DNA of 64,000 nt, from NCBI GenBank assembly GCA_011364965.1, contig RDOB01000003.1, positions 128,001 through 192,000 of the forward strand. The letters run 5' to 3'. The position numbers and the translations under genes were made by a program. Shown here one piece after another: positions 60,186-64,000 of this stretch (the stretch's first letter is position 1; each line of letters begins with the position of its first letter). The DNA comes from Candidatus Heimdallarchaeota archaeon (GTDB taxonomy: Archaea > Asgardarchaeota > Heimdallarchaeia > Hodarchaeales > Hodarchaeaceae). The notes under the pieces were generated by a model that was not told the DNA's origin, did no database searches, and saw only the letters and a list, made by a program, of their open reading frames with translations.

Positions 60186-61439
60186 CTAACTTTGAAGCAC
60201 AGGATTGGCTTTTGAAGATGTAATGTTCAACTGCAATGCAAGATATCCGAAAATCACCAGAATCATACAAAGACCACAAAAAGCTAATGTTGAATCCCGC
60301 GAGAAAGCGAAAATTTCGAATACAAATGTTAAAGCTATATACACAAGCGATCCAGTAAATGAGATAATAGAGCTAAATGTGGCTCTAACGTTTGAAGCTA
60401 TTTTCTGCTGCAAATATGACTGCATTAGCGGCGTTCGAATGCCCCGAGTTACTTGAGTAGATAATGAAATAATAAAAACTCCGAAGAGATTTGGCATTGC
60501 TATCAAAGCCCACAAATAACTCATATCAATGACGAGGATAAAGAAAAAACTGTAAGCATAAGAAAATATCCCAATTTTGCTTCGAATTAGCATTGAGCTT
60601 GTTGCTGCTACAATATTAAAGCCAGAAAGAATAAAACCCATTTGCAAAGGCGTAATGAAAAAATCATCTACGAATCGATGTTGGACAGCCCAAAAACCAA
60701 TTTTACCGAAAACTATACCTGTTAAGCTGAAAATTATGATTAACTTAAGCTCATTATTCCTAAATAAACCATTCAACGCATTTCCGATAGCAATTTTGGG
60801 AGACTTTGCTTTCATGCAAGGGGGTTCCCTATAACCAAAATATACTAGAATTGCTTGTAAAATATGACCTAAAAACGCGAAAAATATCGGCAAACGGATT
60901 AAGGTAAAAGTTGCTATGTAACCACCTAAAATAGCTCCAATAGCTGCTCCTACAAACGTTATTGTCATCCTCTGGGACATTATTTGGCCAAATAATCGAT
61001 CTACATCTTTTTGTTTCTGGATTAATAATGAATCATAGATAAGAGCGGTATCGCTTCCAGTTGCAAACGCAAGTCCGATTCCAGCAACGATTTCTGCCAT
61101 TGCAAATGCCAGGAACGTGTTTCCAAATGCATATAACAACATAGCTAAACCAAAGAATCCATGAAAGATAGTAAGTGATCCTTTTCGACTCCAATAATCG
61201 GCAATTGACCCGCTAGGTACTTCCAAAAGTAATAGGGGCAAAACAAATAGTCCTTGAAGGAAAATCATTTCATGGAAGTGCAAACCAGCTTCTTGCCAGA
61301 GTAAGACAATTACTGGTACCAATAAAACTGTGATATCTATCGCAGTTATTTGAAAGATATGAATATTTCTCTTAATATCACTTGATGTAAATTCAGCTCT
61401 TTCTTCAGTTAATTGATTCATCAGAGACATTCTGAACAC
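60186..61439 (-). CDS. MFS transporter
   Basis: LEVPSGSIADYWSRK, TGSDTALIYDSL, RATFSS. Confidence 0.9.
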   Translation of the reverse strand: MFRMSLMNQLTEERAEFTSSDIKRNIHIFQITAIDITVLLVPVIVLLWQEAGLHFHEMIFLQGLFVLPLLLLEVPSGSIADYWSRKGSLTIFHGFFGLAMLLYAFGNTFLAFAMAEIVAGIGLAFATGSDTALIYDSLLIQKQKDVDRLFGQIMSQRMTITFVGAAIGAILGGYIATFTLIRLPIFFAFLGHILQAILVYFGYREPPCMKAKSPKIAIGNALNGLFRNNELKLIIIFSLTGIVFGKIGFWAVQHRFVDDFFITPLQMGFILSGFNIVAATSSMLIRSKIGIFSYAYSFFFILVIDMSYLWALIAMPNLFGVFIISLSTQVTRGIRTPLMQSYLQQKIASNVRATFSSIISFTGSLVYIALTFVFEIFAFSRDSTLAFCGLCMILVIFGYLALQLNITSSKANPVLQS

Positions 61440-61796
61440 AACTTATTACTCATAAAATAATAATTTTAATATTTATTTAGATTATCACCTTCTAACCACA
61501 AATAAAACTAAAAGCAGTGGCATAATCACCATTTAAAGGTGTCATATAAGATTTAAGGAAGATTTGGATGCTGAAGACGAGCAAAAACATTATGGTTGGA
61601 ATGGCAACAAAATCTTCACAAAAAAATTAGGCGTACACGATACCGGGTGTGACGAGTGCCATAAAATTGACACAAGATGTCGCATTTAGACTCATCATCA
61701 ATAATTCCAACCTATTTTTCTCCTTATTCATTTCCTCTTATAAATTTATATTTCGAGGTAATGATCATTTTAGAAAGAAAACCTCCCCTAGATAGA

Positions 61797-63998
61797 TTAG
61801 TTTACAGATATGGAATTATTCCTGCCTTTATCTTCTTGAAGTTTTAATTCACGATCTAATTTTTTTCTCTCAGAGCGGATTTTCCACGCAGATGTTTCGG
61901 AGAATACAACAAGACCGACTAAAATAAGCATTTGGAGGATCAAATATGGATCATTTGTCCAGAGGTAGTTAATCACATACCCCAGAAGACATAGAAGAAA
62001 TATTCGACTTAAATTCCGGCCTATCAATGCAATTACATCTTTAGAATTACGGGCTATGATTGAATACCAATCAAGGATGTTTACAAAAATCAGTTGTACA
62101 GTAAGCATACCTAACGCGTACCATGTCCAAATAGTAAATCCACCAATTGTAAGAATTCCAGTATATCCAACTTGATCCCAGAACATCTCATGAAGGAAAG
62201 TTCCTGCTACATTAAATTGAAACAGAGGCACAGAGTATGATCCCTCTAGATTATTTGTTGTGAGAATAATTATAAAAGCTAGAATGGCCTCGTAGAACGA
62301 CAAAAATAGCATCTCAAATGTTAAAAAGATGGATTTAAGGAATAAAGATATCCCACGTCGAAATGCTGAAGGAGGTGCAGATTGTTGAACCACAATAGGT
62401 TTTTGAAGAATTTCAGGAGGAGGGTGCACTTCAATAGGGCGAGAATAAATTTTTGGAGGAGTCTTTGACATGGATTCTATATGAGGAGTAATCGATTCAG
62501 ACTCCGCTTTATGACGAGGAATAGAACGCATGATTTCTACTGGAAAGTTGAACTTGTCAGGTAAAGCGGAATCCTCAGTAGTGCCAAGTGAAAGAAGAGT
62601 ATAACCGAACAAGGAGCGTAACACATCTCCCCCGAATCTATTGGTGGCTATTTCAGCAATTATAAGCATAGTGATCAGAAGAATATATGCATAACTACGG
62701 CCGATTTGATCAGGGAGAAAAGCAGCAATTAACAAACCTTTCAGAGTTAATAATCTTATTAACCAAGTAATCAAGTCAGATTCGCTATTAAATAACGTAG
62801 GATCTAATGAATTATCTGCTTTATATCGATAATAGATAATTGATCCAATTGCAAAAGTCAATGCAATTAAAGAAAGAAAAATGAAAACACCAGCCTGAAT
62901 CTGAGTATAATCTTCAAAAGAAAACGCGTTAAAGTAGTGATAATGGGAATAAAGGGGGGATAAAAATGAAGGTAAGTACATCCACGGGTATATAAAAGTT
63001 GAGAGGAAAGTAACCAATAACACGAATCCTAATAGTTTTTCGGGTTTAGTTAACTGCTGATAATATGATTTAAAGGAACGGATTTGGGGTTGGGGAGTTG
63101 TATCAGAAACCTGCAATAATTTTGCACCCAAATTGGCAAATAACGGAGCAAGCTTTTCTGTCCAAAATTGGGAATAAAATCGCCTTTCAATAAGGACAAC
63201 AATTAACAGAAAGACGAGAGCGAAGAAAAGAGTATAATGGTGATAATAGTATAACGACATCTTTAGTATTATTGTAGTGATGGTCAAACGGGATATCCAA
63301 ATCAATACCAAATCATCTATTCTACGATTTGCATTTTGTTTGAGAAATAATCTTTCTTTTATTCGGTCAACAATATATCCTTCCCATCCAAAGAGGAGTA
63401 GAAGTAAAATGATTGAACTAATTGCAAGATTATAAGCCCAATTACTGACTTGATCAAAATCTATGACGTAAATATCACTAGAATAGAGCCAGGTATAAAA
63501 TTTATGCATTGAAAAAGGATCATATGTAATTAATGCTAGTAAAGCTAATCCCACAATCCATAGGAAAATCAATCGATAAGCAGTAAAAAGGGGTGATATT
63601 CGATATATGCTTATAAATTTGGATGCAGATTGGACTGTTCCCTCATCAGAATCCTCTTCCCTTTTTGAAGAAGAAAAAGCTTTTGAAACGGTCTTTCTGA
63701 GTGATGTTCCTATCTTCTGTTGGGATTTTGGAGAAAAACGTTCTAATGGTTCAGTAGAATCTAAATCATGATATTGCTCTCCAATTTCAGAAGGACTTCC
63801 GCATTCTTCAATCGCTTTTAAGACATCAGCATACTGAACCTTCTTCCCTCGACATAATTCCTCACTCCGCAAATATATAAAATCATTTATCTCATTGAGG
63901 AGCCCATCAATTTCATTGGGATGAAGTTGAGTATGTTTCCGTAAATATTCTTCCACACTATCAATATATGACCGAATAAAATTCTTCGCATCAATTTC
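61797..63998 (-). CDS. Polytopic membrane protein with N-terminal HAAS/DUF1700-like domain (runs off the window edge)
   Basis: Frame open to the window end; YIDSVEEYL...EI...GSPSEIG..Y; three similar TM modules. Confidence 0.7.
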   Translation of the reverse strand, partial: EIDAKNFIRSYIDSVEEYLRKHTQLHPNEIDGLLNEINDFIYLRSEELCRGKKVQYADVLKAIEECGSPSEIGEQYHDLDSTEPLERFSPKSQQKIGTSLRKTVSKAFSSSKREEDSDEGTVQSASKFISIYRISPLFTAYRLIFLWIVGLALLALITYDPFSMHKFYTWLYSSDIYVIDFDQVSNWAYNLAISSIILLLLLFGWEGYIVDRIKERLFLKQNANRRIDDLVLIWISRLTITTIILKMSLYYYHHYTLFFALVFLLIVVLIERRFYSQFWTEKLAPLFANLGAKLLQVSDTTPQPQIRSFKSYYQQLTKPEKLLGFVLLVTFLSTFIYPWMYLPSFLSPLYSHYHYFNAFSFEDYTQIQAGVFIFLSLIALTFAIGSIIYYRYKADNSLDPTLFNSESDLITWLIRLLTLKGLLIAAFLPDQIGRSYAYILLITMLIIAEIATNRFGGDVLRSLFGYTLLSLGTTEDSALPDKFNFPVEIMRSIPRHKAESESITPHIESMSKTPPKIYSRPIEVHPPPEILQKPIVVQQSAPPSAFRRGISLFLKSIFLTFEMLFLSFYEAILAFIIILTTNNLEGSYSVPLFQFNVAGTFLHEMFWDQVGYTGILTIGGFTIWTWYALGMLTVQLIFVNILDWYSIIARNSKDVIALIGRNLSRIFLLCLLGYVINYLWTNDPYLILQMLILVGLVVFSETSAWKIRSERKKLDRELKLQEDKGRNNSISVN

Positions 63999-64000
63999 GA

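Noticed and set aside
61490-61735. Possible decayed membrane-protein gene in the MFS-HAAS intergenic gap
   Set aside because: Hydrophobic codons interrupted by a stop, but no recognisable family signal
1-64000. tRNA, rRNA, CRISPR arrays, transposases, integrases
   Set aside because: No GC-rich cloverleaf or rRNA-like segments, no regularly spaced repeats and no DDE or tyrosine-recombinase motifs were seen by eye

Overview
AT-rich archaeal chromosomal window. The gene content points to an Asgard archaeon, probably Heimdallarchaeia-like (inference): an archaeal histone, the archaeal PoK/PPS CoA pathway, isopentenyl phosphate kinase, GGTGA/GAGGT Shine-Dalgarno sites, a Rab-like GTPase, longin and roadblock domains, and a UFL1-like winged-helix array. 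I saw no rRNA, tRNA, CRISPR array or transposase. The best candidate for a new system lies at 17.7-26.6 kb. Two tandem MFS transporters each carry a C-terminal longin-like domain, and about 3.4 kb away a Rab-like GTPase is paired with a longin-roadblock fusion protein, suggesting a transporter-coupled small-GTPase signalling module. Other notable items: a HEAT + UFL1-like winged-helix protein co-transcribed with an XPF/ERCC4 nuclease; an IPK-metallo-beta-lactamase fusion; an orphan DNA methyltransferase with a PIP-box-like tail; two genes that appear to need ATT or ATA start codons; a histone gene flanked by hairpins; and a ~5 kb mosaic of gene relics (12.6-17.8 kb) that includes a glycogen phosphorylase pseudogene. 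All protein calls come from motif recognition by eye; no searches were run.
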